Of a stretch of DNA of 38,380 nucleotides, positions 1 through 9,829 are shown in pieces. The DNA is from Phycisphaerae bacterium (GTDB lineage: Bacteria > Planctomycetota > Phycisphaerae > UBA1845 > Fen-1342), in contig JASFQK010000050.1 in the NCBI GenBank assembly GCA_050115495.1, positions 1-38,380 of the forward strand. Direction: 5' to 3'. The notes below the pieces were generated by a model. The model did not search any database and was not told the DNA's origin. It was given only the letters and a program-made list of their open reading frames with translations. The translations under genes were made by a program, and so were the position numbers. Position 1 is the stretch's first letter, and each line of letters begins with the position of its first letter.

Positions 1-313
1 GCTGGGGTCAAGTCGACGGTCCGAGCCGATTCCGCCGAGTCGGGAACAGCTTCGCAGCCTGGTGTCCTTCGCCACGATCGCCGGCAAATGACCTTGATCG
101 CCGCGGGCAATTCTTTCACAAGCTCTCCCGCCCGACATTCCTTGATTTTGGAGCAACAACGGCGGGCGAGACGCCCACGCCACCCAGTGTTCCTGCCCTA
201 CCCGGAGTTGAGGATCGTTTCACAAACTCAGACACCCGCCCCACCCAGAGCCGGGGGATTGACTCACGCGCTCTCCCGCCCTACCCACCCGAGGGAGGGT
301 CGCGAGCGGCACG

Positions 314-342
314 TTGTGGGCCCGGCCTGCGCATCCTATAAT
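314..342 (+). promoter_or_regulatory. Candidate sigma70-type promoter for bamD (TTGTGG-N17-TATAAT), probably giving a leaderless or near-leaderless mRNA
   Basis: TTGTGG 314-319, 17-nt spacer, perfect TATAAT 337-342; ATG at 351 is 8 nt downstream and has no Shine-Dalgarno. Confidence 0.6.
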
Positions 343-350
343 CCACGACC

Positions 351-1403
351 ATGAGACGATTACGACATCCGGGGTGGTCCTTTCTGCCGGTCGTCGCCCT
401 TCTGATCGCGACCTCTGCGCCGGCCGGCGGTGGACCGCTGACCAACGTCACGTTCGCCCTGCTGGACGGGCTCCGCGCCGCCCAGGAGCAGCAGTACGGC
501 GAACGCGAGGTGCTCGATCCGCAGACCGACGAGTGGGTCGCCGAGGCCGCCACGCCCGAGGGCGCTCCCTCCGACGAGCTCAGCCGGGCGCGGGCTCTCC
601 TGGCCACCGGCGAGATCCGCAAGGCTCGCAAGCTGCTGGACAAGTGGATCGAGCAGAACCCCGACCACGAGCGCTACTACGAAGGCGTCTTTCTCTACGG
701 CGAGGCGCAGTTCGAGTTCAAGGACTACTACAAGGCGTACGAGCAGTACGAAGTCGTCGTGGAAAACACGGCGGGCGAACTGTTCCGGCAGGCGCTGATG
801 CGGGAGAAGGACGTCGCCCTGGCGTTTCTGTCGGGGCAGAAGCGCATCGTCTGGCGGATCTTCCGCTTGCCGGCCCGTGATGAAGCCATCGAGATCCTCG
901 ACCGCATCTGGGAGCGCGTGCCGGGCACGCGCCTGGGTGAGGACGCCCTGCGGACGAAGGCCGACTACTTCTACAGCCGCGGCGAGATGGACATCGCCCA
1001 GGACGAGTACGCCCACCTGGCCCGCGAGTATCCCGCCGGCCGCTTCGTGCAGTACGCGATGCTGCGTAGTGCCGAGTCGGCGGAGGCGGCGTTCCCGGGC
1101 ATCAAGTTCGACGCCCGCCCTCTGCTGGAGGCCGAGGAACGTTACCGACAGGTGCAGCACAGCTTCCCGGCGTACGCCGAGCGGGAGAACGTGCCGCAGC
1201 GTCTGGAGGGCATCCGGCAACTGCGGGCCGAGAAGGATCTGGACATCGCCCGCTGGTACGAGCGCGTGCGGCAGCCGGGGGCGGCGGAGTTCTACTACCG
1301 TGCGATTTTGAAGGATTGGCCGGACACGCTGGCGGCGGCGGATGCGCGGCAGCGGCTGCGGGCCCTGGGCGTGGACGTCGAGACGGAGGCGAGAGAGCCG
1401 TGA
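351..1403 (+). CDS. bamD: Outer membrane protein assembly factor BamD-like TPR protein
   Basis: N-terminal signal-like segment; TPR helices; YfiO/BamD-like C-terminus (LRAEKDLDIARWYER...AAEFYYRAILKDWPDT); adjacent to an LptE-like gene. Confidence 0.75.
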   Translation: MRRLRHPGWSFLPVVALLIATSAPAGGGPLTNVTFALLDGLRAAQEQQYGEREVLDPQTDEWVAEAATPEGAPSDELSRARALLATGEIRKARKLLDKWIEQNPDHERYYEGVFLYGEAQFEFKDYYKAYEQYEVVVENTAGELFRQALMREKDVALAFLSGQKRIVWRIFRLPARDEAIEILDRIWERVPGTRLGEDALRTKADYFYSRGEMDIAQDEYAHLAREYPAGRFVQYAMLRSAESAEAAFPGIKFDARPLLEAEERYRQVQHSFPAYAERENVPQRLEGIRQLRAEKDLDIARWYERVRQPGAAEFYYRAILKDWPDTLAAADARQRLRALGVDVETEAREP

Positions 1404-1405
1404 GA

Positions 1406-1897
1406 ATGCCGGGCGCGCTGATCGTTCTCGCGGGGGCCGTGCTGCTGCTGAGCGGCTGCGGCTACCGGGCGGGGGAGTTGTACCGGGCCGAGGTCGAGAC
1501 GGTGCACGTCGAGATGTTCGCCTCGCACGAGTTTCGGCGAGACCTCGAGTTCAAGCTGACCGAGGCGGTCAAGAAGCGGATCAATCTCGATACGCCGTAT
1601 CGGTTGGTCGATAAGCAGAAGGCGGATACGATCCTGAGAGGCGAGGTGCTCGAGGTGCGGCAGGCGGCGTTCGCTCCGGATTATCGGTCGCGCCTGCCCC
1701 GCGAGAAGCAGTTGACCCTCGCCGTGCGCCTCCAATGGGAGGATGTCCGCTCGGGACGCCTGCTGGTCGATCAGCCGGTTGAGCTCCAGGCGGTGGACTA
1801 TCTGACGCCCACCGGGGAGACTGAGGCGTTCGCCCAGGAGCGGGCAATCGACCTGATGGCGCGGAAGATCGTAAGTAAGTTGTATGCAGACTGGTGA
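1406..1897 (+). CDS. lptE: LPS assembly lipoprotein LptE family
   Basis: Lipobox LLLSGC followed by GY; 'RRDLEFKLTEAVKKRI...ADTILRGEV' LptE-like fold; start placed at ATG 1406 (GTG 1400 also possible). Confidence 0.8.
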   Translation: MPGALIVLAGAVLLLSGCGYRAGELYRAEVETVHVEMFASHEFRRDLEFKLTEAVKKRINLDTPYRLVDKQKADTILRGEVLEVRQAAFAPDYRSRLPREKQLTLAVRLQWEDVRSGRLLVDQPVELQAVDYLTPTGETEAFAQERAIDLMARKIVSKLYADW

Positions 1898-1931
1898 GCG
1901 CCGCAGAGTCCGACGTTGAAAGTGACCGCCC

Positions 1932-4004
1932 ATGCCTGAAGAACCCCGCAAACCAACGGAACCGCGCCCCGGTGGCGGCGGTGGTCCGCCGAAGCCGGCC
2001 CCTCCGCGCCCCGCCCGGGGGATGTTCGGCTGGTTGTTGATCGTGGCCTTGGCCGTCGTGCTGCTGATGGTCCTGAACCGCAGCATGAACCAGGGCAACA
2101 AGATCTCCATCACCGAGTTCTGGACGCACATCGACAACGGCGACATCAAGAAGGTCGTCATCAAGGAGAACTCGCTGGCCGGCGAGTTCTACAAGGACCG
2201 CGTGCCGGCCAACGCCGAGACGCAGAGCCCGAACTTCGAGTGCGAATACCTGAAGGCGGCGGAGAGCCTCGAGGCGATCCGCAAGGAGATCCGCGAGCGG
2301 ACGCCCAAGGGCACCGCCCAGGATCGGCAGGTGCTGGTCTCCAGCGAGGGCGGCAATAACGTATTGTTCAACGTGTTGCTGTCGATGGTGCCGTGGCTGC
2401 TGCTGGTGGTGGCGGCGTGGTTCCTGCTGTTTCGGCAGTTGCGGCAGAGCGGCGCCGGGCCGGGGATGCTCGGCAATTTCGGGCGCAGCCGGGCCCGCCT
2501 GACGACCAAGGAACACACGACGATCACCTTCGCCAACGTTGCCGGCATCGACGAGGCCAAGGACGAGGTGCTGGAGATCGTCGAGTTTCTGAAGAACCCG
2601 AAGCGATTTCAGCGGCTGGGCGGGCGGATTCCGCGCGGCGTGCTGCTGGTGGGTGAGCCGGGCTGCGGCAAGACGCTGCTGGCCAAGGCCATCGCCGGCG
2701 AGGCCGAGGTGCCGTTCTTCTCGATCAGCGGCTCGGACTTCGTGGAGATGTTCGTTGGCGTGGGTGCCTCGCGCGTGCGCGACCTCTTCCGCCAGGCGAA
2801 GGAGAACGCCCCCTGCATCATCTTCCTGGACGAGATCGACGCCGTCGGCCGGCGGCGCGGCGTGGGCTTCAACGGCGGCGGGCACGACGAGCGTGAGCAA
2901 ACGCTCAACGCCATCCTGGTCGAGATGGACGGCTTCGATACTAACGACCAGGTTATCGTCATCGCCGCGACGAACCGGGCGGACGTGCTCGATCCGGCGC
3001 TCGTGCGGCCGGGGCGTTTCGACCGGCAGGTGTTCGTGCCGCTGCCGGACGTGAAGGGGCGGTTCGAAATCCTCCAGGTGCACGCCCGGAACATCAAGCT
3101 GAACCTGCCCGTCGAGCCCAAGCTCCAGCGGCTGGCCCGGGCCACGCCGATGTTCAGCGGGGCGGACCTGGCGGCGATCATCAACGAGTCGGCCCTGCTG
3201 GCCACGCTGGCCGGCAAGGACGCGGTGGATCTGGAGGACCTCGAGGAGGCGCGCGACAAGGTTCGCTGGGGGCGGGCCAAGCGTGGCCGCGTGGTCGAGG
3301 AGAAGGACCGCCTGCTCACCGCATATCACGAGGCTGGGCACGCCCTGGTGCAGACGCTGCTGGAGGATGCCGACCCCGTGCACAAGGTCAGCATCATCCC
3401 GCGCGGGCCGGCGCTGGGGGCGACGTTCTCGCTGCCGGAGAAGGACCGGCTGGCGTATAGCCGCTCTTACGCCGAGTCGTTCATGCGTGTGGCCTGCGCC
3501 GGGCGCATCGCCGAAGAGATGCTGGGGCACGACACGAACTCCGGCGCCGCGAACGACATCAAGCAGGCGACCTCGATCGCCCGGCACATGGTCACCGAAT
3601 GGGGCATGAGCGAGCGGCTGGGGTTCGTGTACTACGGCGATGAGGCGTCGTCGAAGAGCCGGGCCACGGAGTTGGGGTTGACCCGCGAGTTTTCCGAGGA
3701 GACGGCGCGGCTGATCGACGAGGAAGTCAAGCGCATCGTGGACGAGGCCTATGCCGGCTCCCGCGGCCTGCTTGAGAGCAACCGCGAGAAGCTGGAGGCC
3801 ATCGCCCAGGCGCTGCTGAAGTACGAGACGATCGACGGAGACGAGGTCAAGCGGCTCGTGGCCGGCGAGGTCATCGACCGGCCGACGGTGGCAGACCTGA
3901 TCGCCGCCGAGCGCGACCGGCGTCAGAACGCGCCACCGGTGGCCCGCCCGGTCAAGCAGCCGCCGGCGGACGGTGAGGTCGGTCCGTTGCCCAGCCCGGC
4001 CTGA
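1932..4004 (+). CDS. ftsH: ATP-dependent zinc metalloprotease FtsH
   Basis: Two TM segments, Walker A GEPGCGKT, Walker [12 protein letters not shown] ([20 protein letters not shown]), HEAGH zinc motif. Confidence 0.98.
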   Translation: MPEEPRKPTEPRPGGGGGPPKPAPPRPARGMFGWLLIVALAVVLLMVLNRSMNQGNKISITEFWTHIDNGDIKKVVIKENSLAGEFYKDRVPANAETQSPNFECEYLKAAESLEAIRKEIRERTPKGTAQDRQVLVSSEGGNNVLFNVLLSMVPWLLLVVAAWFLLFRQLRQSGAGPGMLGNFGRSRARLTTKEHTTITFANVAGIDEAKDEVLEIVEFLKNPKRFQRLGGRIPRGVLLVGEPGCGKTLLAKAIAGEAEVPFFSISGSDFVEMFVGVGASRVRDLFRQAKENAPCIIFLDEIDAVGRRRGVGFNGGGHDEREQTLNAILVEMDGFDTNDQVIVIAATNRADVLDPALVRPGRFDRQVFVPLPDVKGRFEILQVHARNIKLNLPVEPKLQRLARATPMFSGADLAAIINESALLATLAGKDAVDLEDLEEARDKVRWGRAKRGRVVEEKDRLLTAYHEAGHALVQTLLEDADPVHKVSIIPRGPALGATFSLPEKDRLAYSRSYAESFMRVACAGRIAEEMLGHDTNSGAANDIKQATSIARHMVTEWGMSERLGFVYYGDEASSKSRATELGLTREFSEETARLIDEEVKRIVDEAYAGSRGLLESNREKLEAIAQALLKYETIDGDEVKRLVAGEVIDRPTVADLIAAERDRRQNAPPVARPVKQPPADGEVGPLPSPA

Positions 4005-4036
4005 TCCGGGGGTGGATTCGTCATCCTGGTATTCAC

Positions 4037-4072
4037 GCCGGCCGGCGGACCGTGAAGGTCTCGCCGGCCGGC
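4037..4072. terminator. Long GC hairpin between convergent ftsH and diguanylate cyclase genes (possible bidirectional terminator or REP-like element)
   Basis: GCCGGCCGGCG-GACC-GTGAA-GGTC-T-CGCCGGCCGGC; no clear U-tract. Confidence 0.4.
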
Positions 4073-4222
4073 CGTGCATTGGCCACGGACTGACTCACAG
4101 GCCGCCGCGAGGTGCGGTATGCGGGCGGTGGGAACGGTCCGCTCGGCGAGGATTGGGCTTCATTCTTCCCCTGGGCATCGACTTGGCGAACCGGCACGTG
4201 TAGTGACGTTCGCCGTCGGCGG

Positions 4223-5716
4223 TCAGGGCGTGGGGGCAGGGGACCGAGGTGTGGTGGCGTTCTGCGCGTGTGCCGGCAGGGGCGATGGGTGGTGGGTGCG
4301 CTGCGATACGCCGTCGGACGTGGGCCAGGGCTGCGCCGCGGCGGGCGTGAAGCGGACCGCGGCGGTGGCATCGTACGGCCAGCAGGTGACGCGGTTGCCG
4401 CCCTTCTGCTTGGCCTGATACATGGCCTTGTCCGCCGCCTCGAGCAGTTGCTCGGCGTCCCAGTTCGGTTGCCATTGGGCGACGCCGAGGCTGGCCCGGA
4501 TGGGCAGAGCGGCGCCGCGGAAGGTGGCGGCGTCGGTGCGGATGGAATCGAGCACGCGCTGGGCGACGTGGGCCGCCCCTTCGAGGTCGGTCGCCGGCAG
4601 CAGCATGACAAACTCGTCGCCGCCGACGCGGGCGGCAGAATCTGACTGACGCAGAGCGGCGGTGATGCGACCGGCGATATGTCGCAGGAGGCAGTCGCCG
4701 GCGCTGTGGCCGCTGTGGTCGTTGACTTCCTTGAGCCCGTCGAGGTCGGCCATGATGGCCGCCAGGGGCGTCCGGGAACGCTGACAGCGGCGGACCTCGC
4801 GGATGAGGGTCTCCATCATCCAGCGATGGTTGTAGAGCCCGGTGAGCGGATCAACGCGAGCCTGCGTGCGGGCGCGATCGTACGCCCGGGCGTAACGCAG
4901 CGAGCGCGAGATCAGCGCCACCAGCGGCCGCAGAGGCACACCGACTTCGGTGGCCTTGGTTCGGCGGCTGCGGGAGAGATTCAGTATGCCCCACAGCCGG
5001 CCGCCACTGGCCAGGGGGGCGATCAGACACGAGCCATCGATGTAACGCCGGGCGTCCTGAGGACGCTGCAAGCCGAAGCCTTGCCAGCGGGCGCCGGCGT
5101 CGGACGTCACCAGGAGCCGGCCCGTCCGGGCCACGGCCACCATCAGATGAGAATGGTCGTCGCGCAGCGGCACGGCCAGGTCGATCGGTCGGTGATGGGT
5201 CGTCTCGGCGAGCGTCAGCACGCCCTCGTCGGCATCACAGAGATACAGCGAGGCGTCGGCGTAGCCGAGCCGCGGTCCGAGGCGATTGACGCACTTGCGG
5301 CACAGTTCCCGCAGGCCCAGCTCGTGAAATTCGAGCGCCCAACTGGGCAGCCCGGGGGCCGCCGGCGCGGACACGGCGGGCGTCCGTCGCCCCGCAGCCG
5401 CGCCCAGACGCGCCCAGAGCACCCGGGCGACGGTCTCCGTGCAAGGTTTGCGGATGAAGAGCCCCGGCGGCAACTGTTGATGCGTGGGCTGCCGGCGGGA
5501 ATGGAAGTAGACCCTGGCGGGCGAAGGGACCTGCGGCAGGCCGTCCGTGTGATCGAGGTCGATCCATAGCTCCCGCCCGGGAGGGTTCCAGTCGCTGGGC
5601 AACGTGTCGGGGATGATGCACCGTAGAGCCAGTCCGGGCGGTCGGTGCGCTTCCATCGCTTGGCGAAGCGTGTCGTCACCAGTGACCAGGCAAACTGTCT
5701 CGTGGTTATCAGACAT
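4223..5716 (-). CDS. Diguanylate cyclase (degenerate receiver-like N-terminus, GAF, GGDEF)
   Basis: DPLTGLYN, DLDGLKEVND, GHSAGD, intact GGDEF with RQSD I-site; GAF-like segment (CLIAPLASGGRLWGILNL); start uncertain (5716 or 5746). Confidence 0.92.
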   Translation of the reverse strand: MSDNHETVCLVTGDDTLRQAMEAHRPPGLALRCIIPDTLPSDWNPPGRELWIDLDHTDGLPQVPSPARVYFHSRRQPTHQQLPPGLFIRKPCTETVARVLWARLGAAAGRRTPAVSAPAAPGLPSWALEFHELGLRELCRKCVNRLGPRLGYADASLYLCDADEGVLTLAETTHHRPIDLAVPLRDDHSHLMVAVARTGRLLVTSDAGARWQGFGLQRPQDARRYIDGSCLIAPLASGGRLWGILNLSRSRRTKATEVGVPLRPLVALISRSLRYARAYDRARTQARVDPLTGLYNHRWMMETLIREVRRCQRSRTPLAAIMADLDGLKEVNDHSGHSAGDCLLRHIAGRITAALRQSDSAARVGGDEFVMLLPATDLEGAAHVAQRVLDSIRTDAATFRGAALPIRASLGVAQWQPNWDAEQLLEAADKAMYQAKQKGGNRVTCWPYDATAAVRFTPAAAQPWPTSDGVSQRTHHPSPLPAHAQNATTPRSPAPTP

Positions 5717-5915
5717 CTTCGCCCTGTTGCCGCTCCTTTCGCTCACAGTATCGGATTACAGGCTCCGAAAACTGTAGGGCTGCCGTGGAACCGCGCTCGA
5801 TTTGCCCCTGCGGCACTCGGCTTTGCGCCCGCGGACGCGCAACACGAGCCGGGTGGACGCGCAGATTTCGTACGGCGGGGGCCGGGCGGCTTCCGATAGA
5901 GAAGGACGTTCCGAC

Positions 5916-8333
5916 ATGGTGGGCCGGGAAGCGTCCACCCGTGGCAGGATGCCCAAAGGGCTCAGGATGAGCAGACCGAGCACGTGGCAGCAACTTCGCG
6001 CGCTGTTCAGCGACCGCTGGCAGATTCCAGCGGCCCTGGTGGCTGTGGCGGCGGCCGGTCTCGCTCTGCGCCAGCTCGTGCCGGGCCGGCCGGCGGTCGA
6101 CATCAGCCTGGCGCTGGCCGACATCGCTGCCCTGGAACAGGCCGGGGCTACCACCGACGCCGCGGACGCCATCGCCAACCTCCTCAATATGCAGCCACCC
6201 CTGCCCGACGAGCAGCGGGCCGAGTTGCATGATCGCCTGGCGGACATCGTCTATGGCCAGGAGTGTGCGCGGCACAAACCCAATCTGAAGAACGCTCGCC
6301 TCATTCTGGCCAATCACGACGCCGCCCTGCACCTGGGAACTGCTCCGACGGCTACTCGCCTGCTGCGCGCGGCCCACGTGGCCGACTGGCTGGGCCAGCG
6401 CGACCGGGCGGCGGCCGACTATCGGCAGACGCTGGTGCTGACGCCCTCGGCCGATCAGCGGCGGGTCGCGGAGCAGGGGCTTGTACGTTTGCTGGACGGT
6501 TCGCCGAAGCACGCCGCCGAACGCCAGGGGCTGCTGGAAGAGCTGCTGGATGATGACGGCGTTTCGGTCGGCTACCTGTGGTGGGCGTTGCAGCAGACGC
6601 TGCGGGATGCGCTGGATGAGAACGACACGGTGCGGGCGCGGCTGCTGCTGGCCAAGCACGGCGGCCGGCTGAAGACGTCCGACCTGAAGGGCTACGAGGA
6701 ATACCTGTGGGCCTGGGTCATGCTGCGCGAGGGCCGGCCGGAAGAGGCGGAGCCGCTGGCGCTGTGGGTCGAGGAGTGGCTCGACAGCGGAACCGGTGAC
6801 GATCCGTCGCTGCGTGATTTCGGCTACCTGCCGGCGATGAATCGCTGGCTGCTCGGGCAGATTCACCTGGAGCTGCACAGGCCGGAAGACGCCCTGGCGG
6901 CCTTTGACGAGGCCCTGGCTCTGCATCCGGATGGCGATCTGGCGCTGGCGGCCAAGGCCGGCCAAGTGCGCGCCCTGGCGGCGCTGGGCCGGCATGACCG
7001 TGCCCTGGAACTGGTCAGCCAGACGCTGGCCGAGTTGGCGGAGACGATCGCGCCGCCGGCCGGGGCGCAGGCCCGTCTGTGCCGGGTGGTGCGAGAATTG
7101 GGTGAGCAGCTTGCCGCCGACGGGCAGCACGCGGACGCCATCGCGTATCTGACGCAAGCTGAGTTGCTCACGCTGGCGGAGGATCTGAACGGGCGGATCG
7201 CGCTGCTCGAACAGCTCGGGCGGTCGGCGCAGGAAGCGGCGCAGACCGCGACCGACGCGCAGCGGCAGCGTTGGTATCGCGGAGAGGCCGGCCGGTATCT
7301 CGAGGAGGCGGCCGGCTTCGTGCGGGGTGACGCCGAGCATTACTCGTCGCTGCTGTGGTCAGCGGCACAGGAATACGACGCGGCCGGGCGGGCAGCGGGC
7401 GTACGCCGCGTGCTGGGTCGCTTCCTGGAAGGGCGGCTGGATGATCCGCGCTTGCCCCGGGCCATGCTGCAGTACGGGCAGGTGCACGAGCTGGATGGTG
7501 AGTTCGCAACGGCCCTGGAGTGGTACGGGCGGCTGAACGCCGAGTATCCGAAGCTGCTCGAAGCGCAGCGCGGCCGGTTGCTGGCGGCGGGTTGCCTGCG
7601 GGCGCTGGGGCGGGACGACGAGGCCGAGGCCATGCTGCGCGGCCTGTTGTCCGACGACAACGTCGAGCCGCAGGCGAACGAGTTCCGCGACGCGCTGCTC
7701 GAGCTGTGCGACCTGCTCTATCAGCAGGGCCGCTTCGGTGAGGCCATCGGTCGCCTGGAAGAGTTCGCCACGCTGTATCCGCAGGATCCGGAGCGCTATC
7801 GCGCCCGTTTCCTGCTGGCCGACTCGTACCGGCGCAGCGCCGACAGCCTGCGCCGCGAGCCGCCGGCGGACGCCGACCCGGCCGAGGTCGCCCGCGTCAG
7901 CCACACGCGGCTGGTGCAGGCGGCCGATCTCTTCGCGGCGCTGCTGCCGGACCTGGCGGCGGCGGAGCGGACCGAGATGGTGCAGGTGTACGAGCGGCTG
8001 GCCCTGCTGTACCGGGCCGATTGCCTGGTCGAGCAGGGTGACCCGGCGGCGCTGGGAGCGGCGCTGGATACGTATCGGCAGGTAGCTGCCCGTTACGAGC
8101 ACGAGCCGGCGGCGCTGACGGCGCACGTGGGCATGGCCAGCATTTACCTGCGGTGGGGGCAGGTGACGGAGGCGGCCCGGGCGTTGGAGCGGGCCCGCTG
8201 GCTGTTGCCGAACATTCCGGATAGTGCCTTTGCGGCGAGCCTGGATGGGGCGGACCGCAGTCATTGGGAGCGTTACCTGCGCGCCCTGTCCGAATCGAAT
8301 CTCTTTCGCGATGCATTCGCCATGAGCCCATGA
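5916..8333 (+). CDS. Large membrane-anchored tetratricopeptide-repeat protein, first gene of the flagellar cluster
   Basis: Hydrophobic segment WQIPAALVAVAAAGLAL then many TPR-like helical repeats; start uncertain (5916 with GAAGGA upstream, or 5949/5967). Confidence 0.8.
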   Translation: MVGREASTRGRMPKGLRMSRPSTWQQLRALFSDRWQIPAALVAVAAAGLALRQLVPGRPAVDISLALADIAALEQAGATTDAADAIANLLNMQPPLPDEQRAELHDRLADIVYGQECARHKPNLKNARLILANHDAALHLGTAPTATRLLRAAHVADWLGQRDRAAADYRQTLVLTPSADQRRVAEQGLVRLLDGSPKHAAERQGLLEELLDDDGVSVGYLWWALQQTLRDALDENDTVRARLLLAKHGGRLKTSDLKGYEEYLWAWVMLREGRPEEAEPLALWVEEWLDSGTGDDPSLRDFGYLPAMNRWLLGQIHLELHRPEDALAAFDEALALHPDGDLALAAKAGQVRALAALGRHDRALELVSQTLAELAETIAPPAGAQARLCRVVRELGEQLAADGQHADAIAYLTQAELLTLAEDLNGRIALLEQLGRSAQEAAQTATDAQRQRWYRGEAGRYLEEAAGFVRGDAEHYSSLLWSAAQEYDAAGRAAGVRRVLGRFLEGRLDDPRLPRAMLQYGQVHELDGEFATALEWYGRLNAEYPKLLEAQRGRLLAAGCLRALGRDDEAEAMLRGLLSDDNVEPQANEFRDALLELCDLLYQQGRFGEAIGRLEEFATLYPQDPERYRARFLLADSYRRSADSLRREPPADADPAEVARVSHTRLVQAADLFAALLPDLAAAERTEMVQVYERLALLYRADCLVEQGDPAALGAALDTYRQVAARYEHEPAALTAHVGMASIYLRWGQVTEAARALERARWLLPNIPDSAFAASLDGADRSHWERYLRALSESNLFRDAFAMSP

Positions 8334-8364
8334 GGATGTGCCCCTCGGGCCACAGGAGCTGTAC

Positions 8365-8832
8365 ATGAAGGACGTGAACGACCTGCGCAGCCCTCAGCGC
8401 CTCATTGACCTGCTCGCCGAGCAGCGTGGCCTGTACGTGCGCCTGCGGGAGCTGAGCGAGCAGCAGCGGACGCTGATCACCGGGGACCGCCCCGAGATGT
8501 TGCTGAACATCCTGCGGGAGCGGCAGAGCCTGGTGGCGGCGCTGGCCCGGCTCAACGACGAGCTGGCCCCGTATCGGCGCGACTGGGAGAACCTGTACTC
8601 TGGGCTGCCCGACGATCTGCGCCGCCAGGCGAACGATCTCCTCCAGGAGATCAACGGCCTGCTGCGGGTGATCCTGCGGACCGACCAGGAGGACAGCGCC
8701 CTGCTCTCCGCCCGCAAGCAGACGCTCGGCGGCGAGATGGACAAGCTCTCCGGCGGACACTCGGCCAATAGCGCGTACGCCCGACAGGCCACGCCCGAGA
8801 AGCGTGGACCGTCGGCGGACGTGACCGGGTGA
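8365..8832 (+). CDS. flgN: Flagellar export chaperone, FlgN-like
   Basis: All-helical ~155 aa; 'LLAEQRGLYVRLRELSEQQRTLI' pattern and C-terminal 'AY'; AGGAG RBS before ATG 8365. Confidence 0.6.
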   Translation: MKDVNDLRSPQRLIDLLAEQRGLYVRLRELSEQQRTLITGDRPEMLLNILRERQSLVAALARLNDELAPYRRDWENLYSGLPDDLRRQANDLLQEINGLLRVILRTDQEDSALLSARKQTLGGEMDKLSGGHSANSAYARQATPEKRGPSADVTG

Positions 8833-8917
8833 GCGGCGCGGCGGAAGAGGACCACGGCCGATCGTGGCGGAAAGGTGATGCGCACGCGCATCTCCCGGCC
8901 CGCCGCAGGCGGAGCAG

Positions 8918-9814
8918 ATGATGAGTGCAGGCGGTATGGAAGCAGGCGGTGCAGCGCTGGAAATGGATGAGATCGGCGCCGTGCTGCGCGAGTACATGGC
9001 GGTGACCGAGCGGCTGCAGCACACGCATGAGACGCTGCAACGCGAGGTGATGCGCCTGCGCGACGAGCTGGCCTCGAAGAACCGCGAACTGGAGGTTCGC
9101 CGGCGGCTGGCCGCCCTGGGCGAACTGGCCGCGGGTGTGGCCCACGAGGTGCGTAATCCTCTGGGGGCCATTCAGCTCTACAGCCACCTGCTGCGCAAGA
9201 CGTGTGCGGAGGTGGAGCCGGCCCTGGCCCTGATCGAGAAGATCGAGTTGGGTATCCGGGCGATCGACGGGGTGGTGCAGGACACGCTGGCCCTGGCCCC
9301 GCGGCCGGGGCGGCTGATGCCGCGCAGCCTGGAGACGATTCTCCAGGAGGCGGCCGACGTCTGCCGGCAGTCTCTGGCCGCCCGCGACGTGTCGTTGGTG
9401 CTGCACATTACGGACCCGACGGTCCAGGTGCTGGCGGAAGGGGATGGTCTGCAGCGCGTGCTGGTGAACCTGATCGTGAACGCCGCCGAGGCTTCGCCCG
9501 CCGGCAGCACGGTCGAGGTCTGCGTGGCCGCGCCGGGAGTGGAAGAGGTGGAGGTGGCCGTGGTCGACCAGGGCAGCGGGCTGTCCGACGAGGTGCTCGA
9601 GCGCCTGTTCGACCCGTTCTTCACGACGAAGGAACACGGCACGGGGTTGGGTCTGACCATTGCCCACCGGCTGGTCGAGGCCCTGGGCGGGCGCCTGACG
9701 GCGCGAAACCGGAGGGAAGGCGGGGCGGAATTCGCCGTCGTGCTGCCCGTGGCGCGGGACGCGTCCACGGGATCGGCGGAGGGCGCGGCGAATCGACAGA
9801 CATCGGCAGCGTGA
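8918..9814 (+). CDS. Cytoplasmic histidine kinase (FleS/FlrB/FlgS-like) with no recognisable sensor domain
   Basis: H-box AHEVRNPL, N-box NLIVNA, DQGSG, FDPFFTTK, GTGLGL; only a short coiled coil upstream of the H-box. Confidence 0.93.
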   Translation: MMSAGGMEAGGAALEMDEIGAVLREYMAVTERLQHTHETLQREVMRLRDELASKNRELEVRRRLAALGELAAGVAHEVRNPLGAIQLYSHLLRKTCAEVEPALALIEKIELGIRAIDGVVQDTLALAPRPGRLMPRSLETILQEAADVCRQSLAARDVSLVLHITDPTVQVLAEGDGLQRVLVNLIVNAAEASPAGSTVEVCVAAPGVEEVEVAVVDQGSGLSDEVLERLFDPFFTTKEHGTGLGLTIAHRLVEALGGRLTARNRREGGAEFAVVLPVARDASTGSAEGAANRQTSAA

Positions 9815-9829
9815 CCACGAGGAGAGCCC

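Noticed and set aside
1..138. Possible partial - strand gene starting at ATG 138
   Set aside because: The 46-codon open stretch has no recognisable protein features and cannot be supported without flanking sequence
5811..5826. Sigma54-like CGGCAC...TTGC upstream of the TPR gene
   Set aside because: GG-to-GC spacing is 11 nt, not the required 10
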